DNA of 64,000 nucleotides from an uncultured Chlamydiae bacterium (GTDB taxonomy: Bacteria > Chlamydiota > Chlamydiia > Chlamydiales > Parachlamydiaceae). Location: positions 30,129-94,128 of the forward strand of contig CAWHMU010000035.1 of assembly GCA_963830365.1 (NCBI GenBank). The letters run 5' to 3'. A model generated the notes under the pieces. That model saw only the letters and a list, made by a program, of their open reading frames with translations, searched no databases and had not been told where the DNA came from. Positions 29,943 to 40,356 of this stretch are shown piece by piece (positions within the stretch are counted from its first letter, which is position 1; every line of letters starts with the position of its first letter). Position numbers and translations under genes: made by a program.

Positions 29943-31754
29943 TTATTTCCAGTCTGCAGTATAAGTACAACACGGTTCGTGGATAGACTCCAGGTTGATT
30001 TTTTGACATTCATGCACAATTAAATCCAACTCATCTTTGGAGATTTTCGGATCTAAGTCTTCGATTCCTGAACCGAACTTAAGCATCGGTTCAATTTTTT
30101 GGCTTTCGATAATCTGTACATCACAAAGAAAGGGTCCTTTCTGCGACCAAATTTGTGGTAATTTTTTTAAGTCATTATTCGATTTCAAAACAAAATACGG
30201 AATTTTAAAGGCCTCAGCTACTTTTTGATAATCAGGAAAATACAATCCACTAGCTTCATCCACTGCTGCATAATGGGAATTTAACCAATTATCAATTGTT
30301 TGCTTTTGAATGGCATGTCCTGCATTGTTGAACAAAAAAATACGGACCGGAAGATTATGTCGTCTGATTGTGGCCAACTCTTGCATACACATCATAAAAC
30401 CACCATCTCCAATGAGACATATTATCTCCCGATCAGATGCAAAAGCCGCTCCTACGCTCGCCGGCAAAGAATACCCCATGGGGGTTTGATTCCATGCGGA
30501 AAAAATTCGTTGGTTAGGTTTAGTTTCAAATGATTGGAGAGCCCAGGACAGATTGGCACCCGTGTCACCTATAATAATATCGCCTTCTTTAGCTAAGGCA
30601 GAAAGTTTTTTTATAAATAGGTGGGGCTGGACCTTGTTTTCTGAGTCTTCAACTTCTGAAGGACAAATTGAGTACCTGGACATCCAAGATCTTATCAATG
30701 ACCGCCAAGAAAAATAGTTGTCTCTATTTGGTTTATTATGCGTGGATTTAAATTGCAGAAAAAAGTCTTTAAGATCAGCACAAATAGGCAAATCTAATAT
30801 AAATGTATCAGCGTCAAATTTAGATAGTTCTTCCGCATCAATATCGACCATAACTTTCTTTGCATTAGGAGCGAACAAATTCTGTTTTCCTCCAGTCACA
30901 TTGGGAGATAAACGGGTTCCTAGCGCAATTACCAAATCGGAATTTTGGATTACAAAGTTACCGGCGCGGGGTCCACATATTCCTATACACCCCATATTCA
31001 ATGGATGCAAATGAGAAATCACGTCTGCTCCGCCCCATGTACAAACCACTGGAATATTTAAAGATTCAGCAAACTGGAGTGCTTCTTTTGCCGCTTTAGC
31101 ATATTGGATTCCGGCCCCAAAAATCAAAACAGGTTTTTTTGCCTGCACAATCATTTGATTAAGTTCTTTTATTTCATTGGCTATGTTCGGCTTAAGTTTT
31201 TCTGGCGGATTAAATCCTCGGAGTGTTTGGGGATCAATATCGACTCTTTGTAGATCGTCAGGAATATCTAGTAAGGAGGGCCCGGGCCTACCCTCTTTTG
31301 CAAAGTATATAGCTTTCTCTAGTTCGTATCTAATGTCCTCTGGATTGAGCACTAAATTACAATACTTAGTAATGCTTTTAAATATGGAGACTGTATCTGT
31401 TTCCTGAAAACCTCTTTGACGAAGTTTTTTGCTTTTTCTAATTCTAAAACGAGCTACCTGTCCTGTGATACAAAGCATCGGAATTGAGTCGTAAAAAGCA
31501 TTAGCGACGCTGGTTACGATATTTGTTGCACCTGGGCCGCTCGTAGTCATGACTAAACCAATATTTCCAGTCACTCGGGAGTACATGTCCGCGGCAGCTG
31601 CACTATGTTCTTCATGTTGACCACAAATGTAATCCATTTGAGGATGTTTGGATGTGGAATCAACTAGATGGATAACAGCACCACCGGAAACTAGAAAGTT
31701 ATGCTTAATTTCTTGAGATGCTAATAAATCTATTACGTAATCTGCCAATTTCAT
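29943..31754 (-). CDS. Thiamine-pyrophosphate enzyme, acetolactate-synthase-like (YerE-like in this context)
   Basis: HEEHSAAAA, TSGPGATN, EGRPGP, TPP motif GDGG...NN. Confidence 0.88.
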   Translation of the reverse strand: MKLADYVIDLLASQEIKHNFLVSGGAVIHLVDSTSKHPQMDYICGQHEEHSAAAADMYSRVTGNIGLVMTTSGPGATNIVTSVANAFYDSIPMLCITGQVARFRIRKSKKLRQRGFQETDTVSIFKSITKYCNLVLNPEDIRYELEKAIYFAKEGRPGPSLLDIPDDLQRVDIDPQTLRGFNPPEKLKPNIANEIKELNQMIVQAKKPVLIFGAGIQYAKAAKEALQFAESLNIPVVCTWGGADVISHLHPLNMGCIGICGPRAGNFVIQNSDLVIALGTRLSPNVTGGKQNLFAPNAKKVMVDIDAEELSKFDADTFILDLPICADLKDFFLQFKSTHNKPNRDNYFSWRSLIRSWMSRYSICPSEVEDSENKVQPHLFIKKLSALAKEGDIIIGDTGANLSWALQSFETKPNQRIFSAWNQTPMGYSLPASVGAAFASDREIICLIGDGGFMMCMQELATIRRHNLPVRIFLFNNAGHAIQKQTIDNWLNSHYAAVDEASGLYFPDYQKVAEAFKIPYFVLKSNNDLKKLPQIWSQKGPFLCDVQIIESQKIEPMLKFGSGIEDLDPKISKDELDLIVHECQKINLESIHEPCCTYTADWK

Positions 31755-31768
31755 GTAAAAAACCTTCT

Positions 31769-32842
31769 CTAAAAGGGTCCTGTAAATTTTTCATCCGGCA
31801 CATCAAGAGGACCTTGAGTTTGTTGTTTTAGCATCTCTTCAATTAGCGATTGTGCTCGATTTGGTTTTCCCATTATTTTAAGTGCTTCGATTGCAATATG
31901 TTTTGCAGTGGGATAGAAATGATTAGAAAGAGCCCAGCTTGTGGGAGTATGTCTATCTGGATAACTAATGCGGATGGGAGGAGATTTAAGAGATGAAAGG
32001 GCTTCTTCAGCAATGAAGGCAAGGATTTCAGAAGCTGTGCTGACGGTCTTCCAATCAGGATCAGCGACAATAATGCGCCCCGTTTTTTTGACTGAAGTAA
32101 GAATTGTCTCTTTATCGAGAGGACGGATGGTTCGAAGATCGATGAGTTCAGCAGAAATACCATCTTTTTGTAGCAATTGGATGGCGGCAAGAGCTTCCAG
32201 AACCATATGCGAAGCGGCAACGATGGTAATATCGGTGCCAGATCGAACAATTTTGGCTTTGCCAATTGGTATAGGGGTCGGATCTAACGAGACCTCGCCA
32301 AAAGTATTGTGCAGCCACCGATGCTCTAAATAGATAACAGGATTATCGTCTTCAATTGCAGAAATGAGCAGTCCCTTGGCATCTTGGGGGGTTGATGGCA
32401 TCACTACTTTTAAACCGGGTATATGCGCAAAAAAACTGTGAAGAGACTGAGAGTGCTGTGGACCTTGGCCCCAACCGCGTCCAATGATGAGTCGAATCAC
32501 AAGTGGGACTTTCATTTGGCCGCCAAACATGTAATGCCATTTTGCTGCATTGTTAATGAGTTGGTCGAGGGCTAGAATAAAAAAATCAACGCGTTGATGT
32601 ATCACTATGGGACGCATGCCGAGAATGGCACTACCAATAGCAATGCCTGTCATGGCATTTTCCGATGTGGGCATGTCCATAACACGGCTTGGCCCGTATT
32701 TCTCTGCCAGGCCCGATGTCGTGCCAAAAATCCCTTTAGGATCGGGCACGCCGAGCCCCATTAGATAAATGTTAGGATCTTGAGCCATTTTTTGATCGGT
32801 GGCTTCTCGAATCGCTTCGAAAAATTTGAGTTGTCTAGGCAT
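31769..32842 (-). CDS. TPP-dependent dehydrogenase E1 beta-like subunit
   Basis: DMPTSENA, GPQHSQS, PGLKVVMPS, ELIDLRTIRPLD. Confidence 0.9.
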   Translation of the reverse strand: MPRQLKFFEAIREATDQKMAQDPNIYLMGLGVPDPKGIFGTTSGLAEKYGPSRVMDMPTSENAMTGIAIGSAILGMRPIVIHQRVDFFILALDQLINNAAKWHYMFGGQMKVPLVIRLIIGRGWGQGPQHSQSLHSFFAHIPGLKVVMPSTPQDAKGLLISAIEDDNPVIYLEHRWLHNTFGEVSLDPTPIPIGKAKIVRSGTDITIVAASHMVLEALAAIQLLQKDGISAELIDLRTIRPLDKETILTSVKKTGRIIVADPDWKTVSTASEILAFIAEEALSSLKSPPIRISYPDRHTPTSWALSNHFYPTAKHIAIEALKIMGKPNRAQSLIEEMLKQQTQGPLDVPDEKFTGPF

Positions 32843-33812
32843 ATGGCGTTTCTTTTTCTATGTCAAAATAGGGTAATGGACTTTGTTCTGCAAAAGCGAA
32901 TGCTTCCTCAATTTCATTGAGGATGGGTAAACTAAGGAGTTCTATACCGTCTGTGATTGGAAAATCGGTGTTGACCCTCTCTGCTTGGAGTTTTATGGGA
33001 CATTTCTTCTCCCAAAAAAGAAACTCCTCTTCTGTTCGATAGCCAATGTTATTGTCAAAGTTGGGTCCGCAATGTTCTCGATGGCGATAGGTGTCGAATT
33101 CTAGGAAGACGGGCCCATTTCCTTCCCGAATTGAAGCAACAGCCTCTTCTGCAAGCCTGTGAACTTCTTCTACATCATTTCCATTACCGACTTTCGCTAT
33201 GATTCCATGAGCTCTCGCGATAGCTGCTCGGTCCCGCCGATCCGACTGCCGCACATTAAGAGGCGAATAAACTGAATAAAAATTGTTCTCACAAACGAAA
33301 AGGGCAGGCAAGTTTTTAAGCGCAGCAAAATTGAGGCTTTCAACAAATACCCCTTCTTCAGTCGCGCCTTCCCCAAAAAAGATGATCGTGATGTTCTTTT
33401 CTTGTTTTAGCGCAGTTGCAAAAGCAAGACCAACACCAATCGGGATGCTGCCTCCCACAATAGGAGTAGATCCGTACATGCCAACTGAGAGGTCAACTAA
33501 ATGCATCGAGCCACCCCGCCCCATACAGCAGCCGGTAGCCTTGCCGTAGATTTCAGCGATCAAGGCTTTTAAACTGCCGCCCTTTGCAAGATAATGAGCA
33601 TGTGCCCTGTGATTGCTGATGAGATAATCTGTTTGTAAAACTGCCTTGCATACCCCGACTGCCACTGCTTCTTGACCTATGCTAAGATGCACTGGGCAGC
33701 GCATTTTTTGTTCATGATAGCGGCCTGCTATGGCTTCCTCAATTAAGCGGATGCGCAGCATGTCTTTGTAGAGATCTATTGACAGAGATTGCTGTGCTAA
33801 TGTGACTTCCAT
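32835..33812 (-). CDS. TPP-dependent dehydrogenase E1 alpha-like subunit
   Basis: HLSIGQEAVAVG, GRGGSMH, FFGEGATEEG...CENN, TYRHREH; start placed at MEVT. Confidence 0.9.
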   Translation of the reverse strand: MEVTLAQQSLSIDLYKDMLRIRLIEEAIAGRYHEQKMRCPVHLSIGQEAVAVGVCKAVLQTDYLISNHRAHAHYLAKGGSLKALIAEIYGKATGCCMGRGGSMHLVDLSVGMYGSTPIVGGSIPIGVGLAFATALKQEKNITIIFFGEGATEEGVFVESLNFAALKNLPALFVCENNFYSVYSPLNVRQSDRRDRAAIARAHGIIAKVGNGNDVEEVHRLAEEAVASIREGNGPVFLEFDTYRHREHCGPNFDNNIGYRTEEEFLFWEKKCPIKLQAERVNTDFPITDGIELLSLPILNEIEEAFAFAEQSPLPYFDIEKETPYA

Positions 33813-33884
33813 CCACCAACTCCAAATTTGAAGTTCGTGGATATACATCAATTCAAAAATCTTGGCAAGAAAAGCTTTTAATTT

Positions 33885-34781
33885 TTATGAAGAAACCGAA
33901 TTTTGCCATTTCATTGATTTTATCAAGTAGAGATTACTACCAATAATAATGATGATTCCTAGGACAAAATACGAACTGGGAGTTACATCCCAGATGAGAA
34001 AATCAAATAAGGATGCCCATACGATTGAGGTATAGTCTAAGGGGGCTAGGGTGGAAGCTTGGGCAAACCTAAGAGCTTGTACCGTTGCATATTGTCCCAT
34101 TGCGGTGAGAAAACTTGCTATCGCAAAAAAACCTAGATCAGACCATGAGACCGGATGCCAATTCATGAGAATAAATGGCACTAACACAAGGGCAAGAGCT
34201 GCATTTCCAGTTATTGCAATTGTAAGACTATGTTCTGTCGCCACAAGTTTTCGAATGAGAATTTTATTGAGACTTCCGACCAAAGCCCCAAATAGGATAA
34301 CTAAATATACCCCTTCTAATCCGGTGTTTGATCCTATTGCGATGCCCACACCGATTGAACCGATGCTGAGCGCAATCCATTTATGCTTACCGATTTTTTC
34401 CTTTAATATCCAGACACTTAAAATGAGGGTAAAAAATGGCGTGGCATACAGCAAAGAGCAGCTTGTTGTAAGAGATGTAAAAGATAACGCATACAGCATG
34501 CAGTAATTATAAACGACATAAGTAAATATCCGGAGAAGATTGCAAAAAGGCTGCTCAATTGAAAGAACAGCTTTGATTTCTTTTTGCTTAATCAGTACTG
34601 TAGCTAAAAAAAACAAACGAAGTAATGACCTGATAAAAGTCATTTGCGGCACTGGATAAACTCCAAGCAGCATCTTTTCGAAAATGCCTCCCGTCACATG
34701 CAAGAATTGCCCCATGACTATCACAAAAATGCCCAAAGTGGCGCGATCTTGCCAAGTCCGCGATATAGAAATCTCTGTCAT
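33885..34781 (-). CDS. DMT/EamA-family transporter
   Basis: About 10 hydrophobic helices in two repeats; YATPFF...ILKEKI, ASTLAPLDY. Confidence 0.85.
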   Translation of the reverse strand: MTEISISRTWQDRATLGIFVIVMGQFLHVTGGIFEKMLLGVYPVPQMTFIRSLLRLFFLATVLIKQKEIKAVLSIEQPFCNLLRIFTYVVYNYCMLYALSFTSLTTSCSLLYATPFFTLILSVWILKEKIGKHKWIALSIGSIGVGIAIGSNTGLEGVYLVILFGALVGSLNKILIRKLVATEHSLTIAITGNAALALVLVPFILMNWHPVSWSDLGFFAIASFLTAMGQYATVQALRFAQASTLAPLDYTSIVWASLFDFLIWDVTPSSYFVLGIIIIIGSNLYLIKSMKWQNSVSS

Positions 34782-34799
34782 TATTATCCGGCGAAACGT

Positions 34800-35810
34800 T
34801 TAATTATTATAGATGTCACTATAGAGAACCTTTCTAAGATAATCTCTTTCCCGATCGAAAAAGAACAAAAATGTATTGGAAGGGTGAGTTGACTCTGAAA
34901 AAATTTCTCCACTTCTCACGCAATCGGAGGAAACTCCGGTTAATTGATACTTCCAAGCCAAGGTCATAAAACTCATCTCATCTATACCGATACAGTAAAA
35001 TTTATCGATTTTTTGCATACGATCATCCCACTCTTGAAATACCCTTGAGATCTTTGTATTAGAAAAATTCAAACCCACGACGCACCCAATAATAAAACGG
35101 ACATTTGCTACTTCATTTGGGGGAATCATTAAAGGTTCGGCGAAATGAGCGAAATTCTCATTAATACTCAACCAAGGACCGCAGTCGATATAGAAGCATC
35201 CTGTTTTTTCCAAGATGTCGAAAACAAGGCTTAAATCATTTAGGGGGGTCGCATGTGTATCAAGATGAACGATTTTTTTATATCCCATGCGCAAAGCTTC
35301 TTTAAAAAATTCAACTTTCCATCTCCCATGAAAGGGGCATGATTTAATTCCTTCTGCGATCATATTGGGAAATCCACCAATCCGGATCATCACAGTGCCA
35401 CTGTAGCCCCATTTTTTTAATTCTTCTAGAATGTGAAATGCTTTTCGGGGGTAGGGATCGTTATAGGATCCATAAATCAAAATGCATCGATCTCGAGTCG
35501 CTTCCACGACATTTAAATGGTGCACTTCAAAGATAGGCATTTCTCCATTTGGGCCCAAAAGTTTGAAATCGCGCATAATTTGAAGGCGCAATTTTATTTC
35601 ATACTTTGGAATATTCTTCCAGGAAACTTCAGGTAGATTTTCTAAATAGGGACGTTTTCCGTCTTTCAAATACGATTCAATCAACTTGTAATCATCCAAT
35701 GTTGGGTTATATACGTCAGAAACAGAGGACCAAAGATCTAAAAGCTCTTCGTCAACGTAAGAATAGACGCACGTAGTCACGCAGAGAAAAAAAAACAAGA
35801 AAATTTTCAT
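34800..35810 (-). CDS. Exported hypothetical protein, possibly glycosyltransferase-like; paralog of the adjacent gene
   Basis: Signal MKIFLFFFLCVTTCVYS; shares NPTL.DYKL, GPN.EMPIFE and RIGGFPN with 35854-36849; GYKKIVHLDT resembles a GT-A acidic motif. Confidence 0.65.
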   Translation of the reverse strand: MKIFLFFFLCVTTCVYSYVDEELLDLWSSVSDVYNPTLDDYKLIESYLKDGKRPYLENLPEVSWKNIPKYEIKLRLQIMRDFKLLGPNGEMPIFEVHHLNVVEATRDRCILIYGSYNDPYPRKAFHILEELKKWGYSGTVMIRIGGFPNMIAEGIKSCPFHGRWKVEFFKEALRMGYKKIVHLDTHATPLNDLSLVFDILEKTGCFYIDCGPWLSINENFAHFAEPLMIPPNEVANVRFIIGCVVGLNFSNTKISRVFQEWDDRMQKIDKFYCIGIDEMSFMTLAWKYQLTGVSSDCVRSGEIFSESTHPSNTFLFFFDRERDYLRKVLYSDIYNN

Positions 35811-35853
35811 ATATACCCCTTTACACCCCTTTTGGATCAAATTATTCAGAATA

Positions 35854-36849
35854 TTAATCTCTACGAACATCATGAAAAAAGAGAAGCGACTTATCTAAAA
35901 TTTTTTGGCGATCAGGTTGAGATACACCTTCAACTGTTTGCGTACAATAATTACCACTTGGTAGACAATTATTTCGCCACATGATGGCGCAAATAAAATA
36001 ATTCTCTCTCTCACAACAGGTAAAAAGCTCGAAATCTTTAACTGCTGTATCCCATTCATGGAATAACTGAGCTCCTCGATCACTATCAAAATTAAAACCA
36101 ACTACATAAGGAACTGTCCAAGGAATATTGCTTGTATTACTTGCATAAATTTTAAAAACATCGAAAAATTCAGAAGGTAGGCCTCCCGAGAAAAAAGCCC
36201 CTCCGCAACCTCTTGCACAAGATAAAAAATACCCTGTTTCTTTCATGCATTCAAAAACATAGCCTGCATCGGTAAGAGGATGCATAGAGGTTTCCCAAAC
36301 AACGATTTGGGTAAACCCCATCCGAATGGCTTCATTAAAAAATTCTAATTTCCAAAAAGCCATAAATGGGCTAAATTTGAGTCCGCCATTTGGTAAATTA
36401 GGAAACCCCCCAATCCGTAGCAATACATTTCCACTATACCCATTTTCCTTCAATTCTTTGAGAACGCGATAGGCTTTTTGAGGATATGTTCCATTATAAG
36501 TTGCGTAAATGCATATGCATCGATTTTCAGTTTCAGGGGTAATATTGAATTTATGCCATTCAAAAATGGGCATTTCTTCATTCGGCCCAATGAATTTCCA
36601 ATTTCGCCTTTGTTTTACTCGAAAGTCACTTAAAGGAAAACCTAGATTTCTACTTGTGCCTTCAACTTCCATTTTTAAGGGGATAAATTCACCATGCTTA
36701 AAATAATTTTCAACTAACTTATAATCCTGCAACGTAGGATTACACACATCTGATAATGAGTCCCAAAGAGCTTCAAGCTCTGGATCAGTATAAGAACATA
36801 GCAAGGGGAAAATCAAAATCAAAAAAAAACACATCTTCATCTTCTTCAT
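35854..36849 (-). CDS. Exported hypothetical protein, possibly glycosyltransferase-like; paralog of the adjacent gene
   Basis: Signal MKKMKMCFFLILIFPLLCS; colinear similarity with 34800-35810. Confidence 0.65.
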   Translation of the reverse strand: MKKMKMCFFLILIFPLLCSYTDPELEALWDSLSDVCNPTLQDYKLVENYFKHGEFIPLKMEVEGTSRNLGFPLSDFRVKQRRNWKFIGPNEEMPIFEWHKFNITPETENRCICIYATYNGTYPQKAYRVLKELKENGYSGNVLLRIGGFPNLPNGGLKFSPFMAFWKLEFFNEAIRMGFTQIVVWETSMHPLTDAGYVFECMKETGYFLSCARGCGGAFFSGGLPSEFFDVFKIYASNTSNIPWTVPYVVGFNFDSDRGAQLFHEWDTAVKDFELFTCCERENYFICAIMWRNNCLPSGNYCTQTVEGVSQPDRQKILDKSLLFFHDVRRD

Positions 36850-37286
36850 GTAAGTGTCCTTTCATTTATACTGTGGTGCACTGAGCTTTGTTACAGAAAG
36901 GCTGCAATCTACCACAAAGATGAGAAACCACAAAAGAATTTTTTATGCCCTTCGAGACAGGGGGGATTTGAATTTCGTTTACTTGGAATTCTGACACGTT
37001 ACAGCGTGGGTCAGATTTCCAGGAACCTCAAGATGAGCCTCGATCGCCTCTTTTTCCAATACACGAACCAATTCTTCAATCGTCAGAAGAACAGGCAACT
37101 GATAATACGATGCATTTTAGTCCTAAATTGAGTGTTATTGATATAGGGACTGAGAATACCCCCGATGCGAAAATGAATTGTAGTTTTAGCCAAGGCATTG
37201 ATTTTCTACCACCAAATAATTCCCTGCTGCTAGACTGGTAAATCAAATTTTATTATAACTATGACCCATCCAACCCACGGAAACAT

Positions 37287-38090
37287 ATGTCAAAACTCTC
37301 AAAATTTTTCATTTTCAGCAGCGCTTGTATGTCTATGCTTGTTCCACTTCAAGGAGATATTGACAAAGCCAACTCATCTCCATTGCAATATAATTTAGTA
37401 GCCGGCCTGCCTGATATTTACCTTGATCCATTTTCTGAAAGGATTGGCCATACCTGGGCATCTGGCCATGTATGGGATAAGCCATTAATTCAAAAATTTT
37501 ACGCCCTCTTGGCGGCCCATGCTGATGCTTTTGTCGTGATGGACCTTGGCGCGCAAACCGGCAGCTTTTCGTTGTTGGCAAAATATTTCCCATACTCTGA
37601 TTGGTATGCCTTTGAGCCTATTGTGGAAGCGGCGGATACTTTAAAGGCAAATCTGCGTTTGAATGATATAAAGAACGTCACTGTTTATCAAATGGCCGCC
37701 TCCGACAGTGCAGGCTGGACGACACTAAAAATGCCTATGCAGAATGCTTGGGGGCTGGCTACTGTCGGTTCAAATGTCCTTAGGTTTGACCCTGTGGCAG
37801 AAAGGGACATTGAATGCATAGATCTGGACAGTTTTGTTGCCGCCAACAATATTGATAAAGTGCATTTTATGAAGCTAGATACCGAAGGCTGGGAGTTCCA
37901 CATCCTTTGCGGCGCAAAAAATCTGATCATACGCGATCGTCCTGTTATCCTGATGGAGTACAATGAAACCAATATGCAGCAATGCCATACAAAAAAAGCC
38001 GAGATCGATGCATTTCTGCGCGATATGGGCTACGAATGGGCCTTGATCAGCAGCGAAGATATTCTGTGCCTGCCTGTAGAACAACTTTAG
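37287..38090 (+). CDS. FkbM-family methyltransferase with signal peptide
   Basis: MDLGAQTGSFS, YAFEP, VHFMKLDTEGWE, RPVILME; hydrophobic N-terminus ending PLQG. Confidence 0.85.
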   Translation: MSKLSKFFIFSSACMSMLVPLQGDIDKANSSPLQYNLVAGLPDIYLDPFSERIGHTWASGHVWDKPLIQKFYALLAAHADAFVVMDLGAQTGSFSLLAKYFPYSDWYAFEPIVEAADTLKANLRLNDIKNVTVYQMAASDSAGWTTLKMPMQNAWGLATVGSNVLRFDPVAERDIECIDLDSFVAANNIDKVHFMKLDTEGWEFHILCGAKNLIIRDRPVILMEYNETNMQQCHTKKAEIDAFLRDMGYEWALISSEDILCLPVEQL

Positions 38091-38389
38091 CAAAGACGAC
38101 TGTCGTTGGATTATCACAACTGAATTTGTGGGTCTTGTTCACCCTACAAAGAAGAATGTACAGCTACAATAATTTTCTTTTTCAACCAGTCTACTCACCG
38201 CTGCGTCTCTTAGTTAAATTGTCTCGTGCAACCAACGCTGAGAAGCTGAGGCGCGGCCAAGCAGAGCAGGGGCGAGACTGGTCATCTTTTTGGCCGAAAA
38301 GGTGAAGATGACCAATTAGTTCTTGTTTATCTCTGGTAATTAAGAAAAGAGCCGATGCAGCCACCGGCTCCCCAGCATACATTCCTTAC

Positions 38390-39550
38390 TTATTTTGTAA
38401 TGTAGGTAAAAAGGTCATCGTAAAGGGCTTTGATTTCATGGATCACACCTGGCTCATCGACAATGGTCACGTGCTTTCCACTTTCGGCCACTAATTTTGC
38501 TACGGCAAGCTTTTGCGAAGCATAGATAATTTTTACAGGACAGTTGGGCTTATATGAGACATCATCAAATACATAGTCATCTAGATTCTGCTCGATGAGC
38601 TGCTGCGCCATAAAGCGTGCGTGTTGGTCATTGGCAGCGTCCGTCGCTCTAAATGTCACGGGCTCTATGCCGATAAAGTCGGCATAGTCGGCAAGGGCGC
38701 GGTTGTCGCGCACGAAACAGGGGCCGCCAAAGCCATAGCCGGGCATGAGGTATTTGGATCCTACGCGGGTGTCGCCGCCGATAGCTTTGAGGATGTCATA
38801 TTTATTTGCTCCCGGGGTCTCATCGGCGATATCTCCGACGAGGTTGGCGAAGGCCACCTTGGCTGTCACAAAGCAGTTGAGGGCTAGCTTGGCAATTTCT
38901 GCGCTTGCAACAGACATGTGGGCGATCTGAGGAGTGTTCTGATGGATTGAGCGGTGCAGGCTTTCAAGTAAATCGCCGACTTCATCTGAGGCTTGGCCGA
39001 TAAGGACGATATCAGGCGTGACTAGCCCCTTGACGATCTCTCCTTGGGCAATAAATGGGGGATTATAACTCAACGTGATGTTTGTGCAATCGGCAAGCAA
39101 AGGCAGCGCTGTATTCCTGATGAAACCGGGAAATAGCGTGGAATTAATCACCAGATGCTTGTTGGAAACTTTGTGAGAGTTTATTTTCTTCAACAAGTCT
39201 ATGAGCGCATCGAAATTATAGCCTTCGGTGCCGGTGGTGGTGGAAACAACGATGAGACAGACGTCGGCAAAATCCAACGCTTCTTTAAGAGCGGTCGTGG
39301 CATGGAAATTACAACTCTCCCTTAGCATTTCGTTAATACCTGGTTCTGCCACCTCTAATGTCTTAGAGTTTAGGCGGTCGATATATTCGGGGCTGACATC
39401 AACAGCGATCACATGATGCCCTGCGCGCTCAAAGCAAAGAGCATAGCTCAATCCCAAACGCCCGGCACCAATCACCGAGATGTTGCTGGCAGCAAGCGTT
39501 GTGGCCAGACCTAAAAAGCAGCTGCAAAAAATTCGGAAAAACAGCTTCAT
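38390..39550 (-). CDS. UDP-glucose/GDP-mannose dehydrogenase-family protein with signal peptide and short C-terminal domain
   Basis: ISVIGAGRLGL, YNPPFIAQG, SAEIAKLALN, catalytic GFGGPCF; preceded by MKLFFRIFCSCFLGLATTLAA. Confidence 0.88.
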   Translation of the reverse strand: MKLFFRIFCSCFLGLATTLAASNISVIGAGRLGLSYALCFERAGHHVIAVDVSPEYIDRLNSKTLEVAEPGINEMLRESCNFHATTALKEALDFADVCLIVVSTTTGTEGYNFDALIDLLKKINSHKVSNKHLVINSTLFPGFIRNTALPLLADCTNITLSYNPPFIAQGEIVKGLVTPDIVLIGQASDEVGDLLESLHRSIHQNTPQIAHMSVASAEIAKLALNCFVTAKVAFANLVGDIADETPGANKYDILKAIGGDTRVGSKYLMPGYGFGGPCFVRDNRALADYADFIGIEPVTFRATDAANDQHARFMAQQLIEQNLDDYVFDDVSYKPNCPVKIIYASQKLAVAKLVAESGKHVTIVDEPGVIHEIKALYDDLFTYITK

Positions 39551-40356
39551 GGTAATGCACTCCCAGTAGTTGGTTAAGCGTGACGATGGAATCTAAAGGA
39601 TCGTTTTTAATAGGGCAAATCCTTTTTTTTATTTGTCACCACAGGGGGTTTTAAAGCGGCAAAATTTAAGGCTAGACAAATGGAATGGCTTTAAGTAATT
39701 TATCCTACCGCGACTTGAATTTGAAAGGGTCCTTAAAAATAATCTTTTAAAAGAGGTTGTCTCGATGAACAATTTTTTTATGGTTTGTTTGGTTTTTCTA
39801 GGGATCCCGTTGGCACGGGCAGAATGTGCAGTTACGCCACCACCTATCACTGAATTGCAGAAGACGCCAAAGGAATATTTGACCAATCCGTGTAGAAGTG
39901 ATGGTTTTGGGGCTCAATTCCAATCAATCATCTACTACGCACTTTATGCAGAACTGCATGATATGGAATTTATTTATACGCCATTTGCATCTTTAGAGCA
40001 CAACTACAACAATGATGTCGAGTTCAACAGGAAGAAGGAAGAACTGATAAATTTTATTGGAAACTTCGAAGTTAACACTTCACTAGAGCTGCAAGATAAG
40101 GTGACTGAGGAAATATTCAATATACGCTATCAATTCGTCGAAACTAACCTCACAGCGTGTGCCAACACCCAAATCCTAAAAAAAATCAAAGCGGCCTTTA
40201 GAGCCAACAAGCACGTGTCAGACTATTTCGATGGTGAACGCTTAAATATTGCCGTACATATCCGGAGGCCAAATATCCACGATTCCCGTATCGGTGGCAC
40301 GGACCTTCCAGATCATGTCTATCTAAAGAATATCGATCGTTTGAGGGGGATATACA

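Noticed and set aside
29943..33812. Housekeeping pdhAB and ilvB
   Set aside because: No E2/E3 or IlvN nearby and embedded in a sugar-nucleotide operon, so symbols were withheld.
38191..38385. Structured ncRNA between convergent genes
   Set aside because: Short hairpins (TGGTCATCTT/AAGATGACCA, GAGCCG/CGGCTC) but no second copy or family match visible; could be a terminator or decayed repeat.
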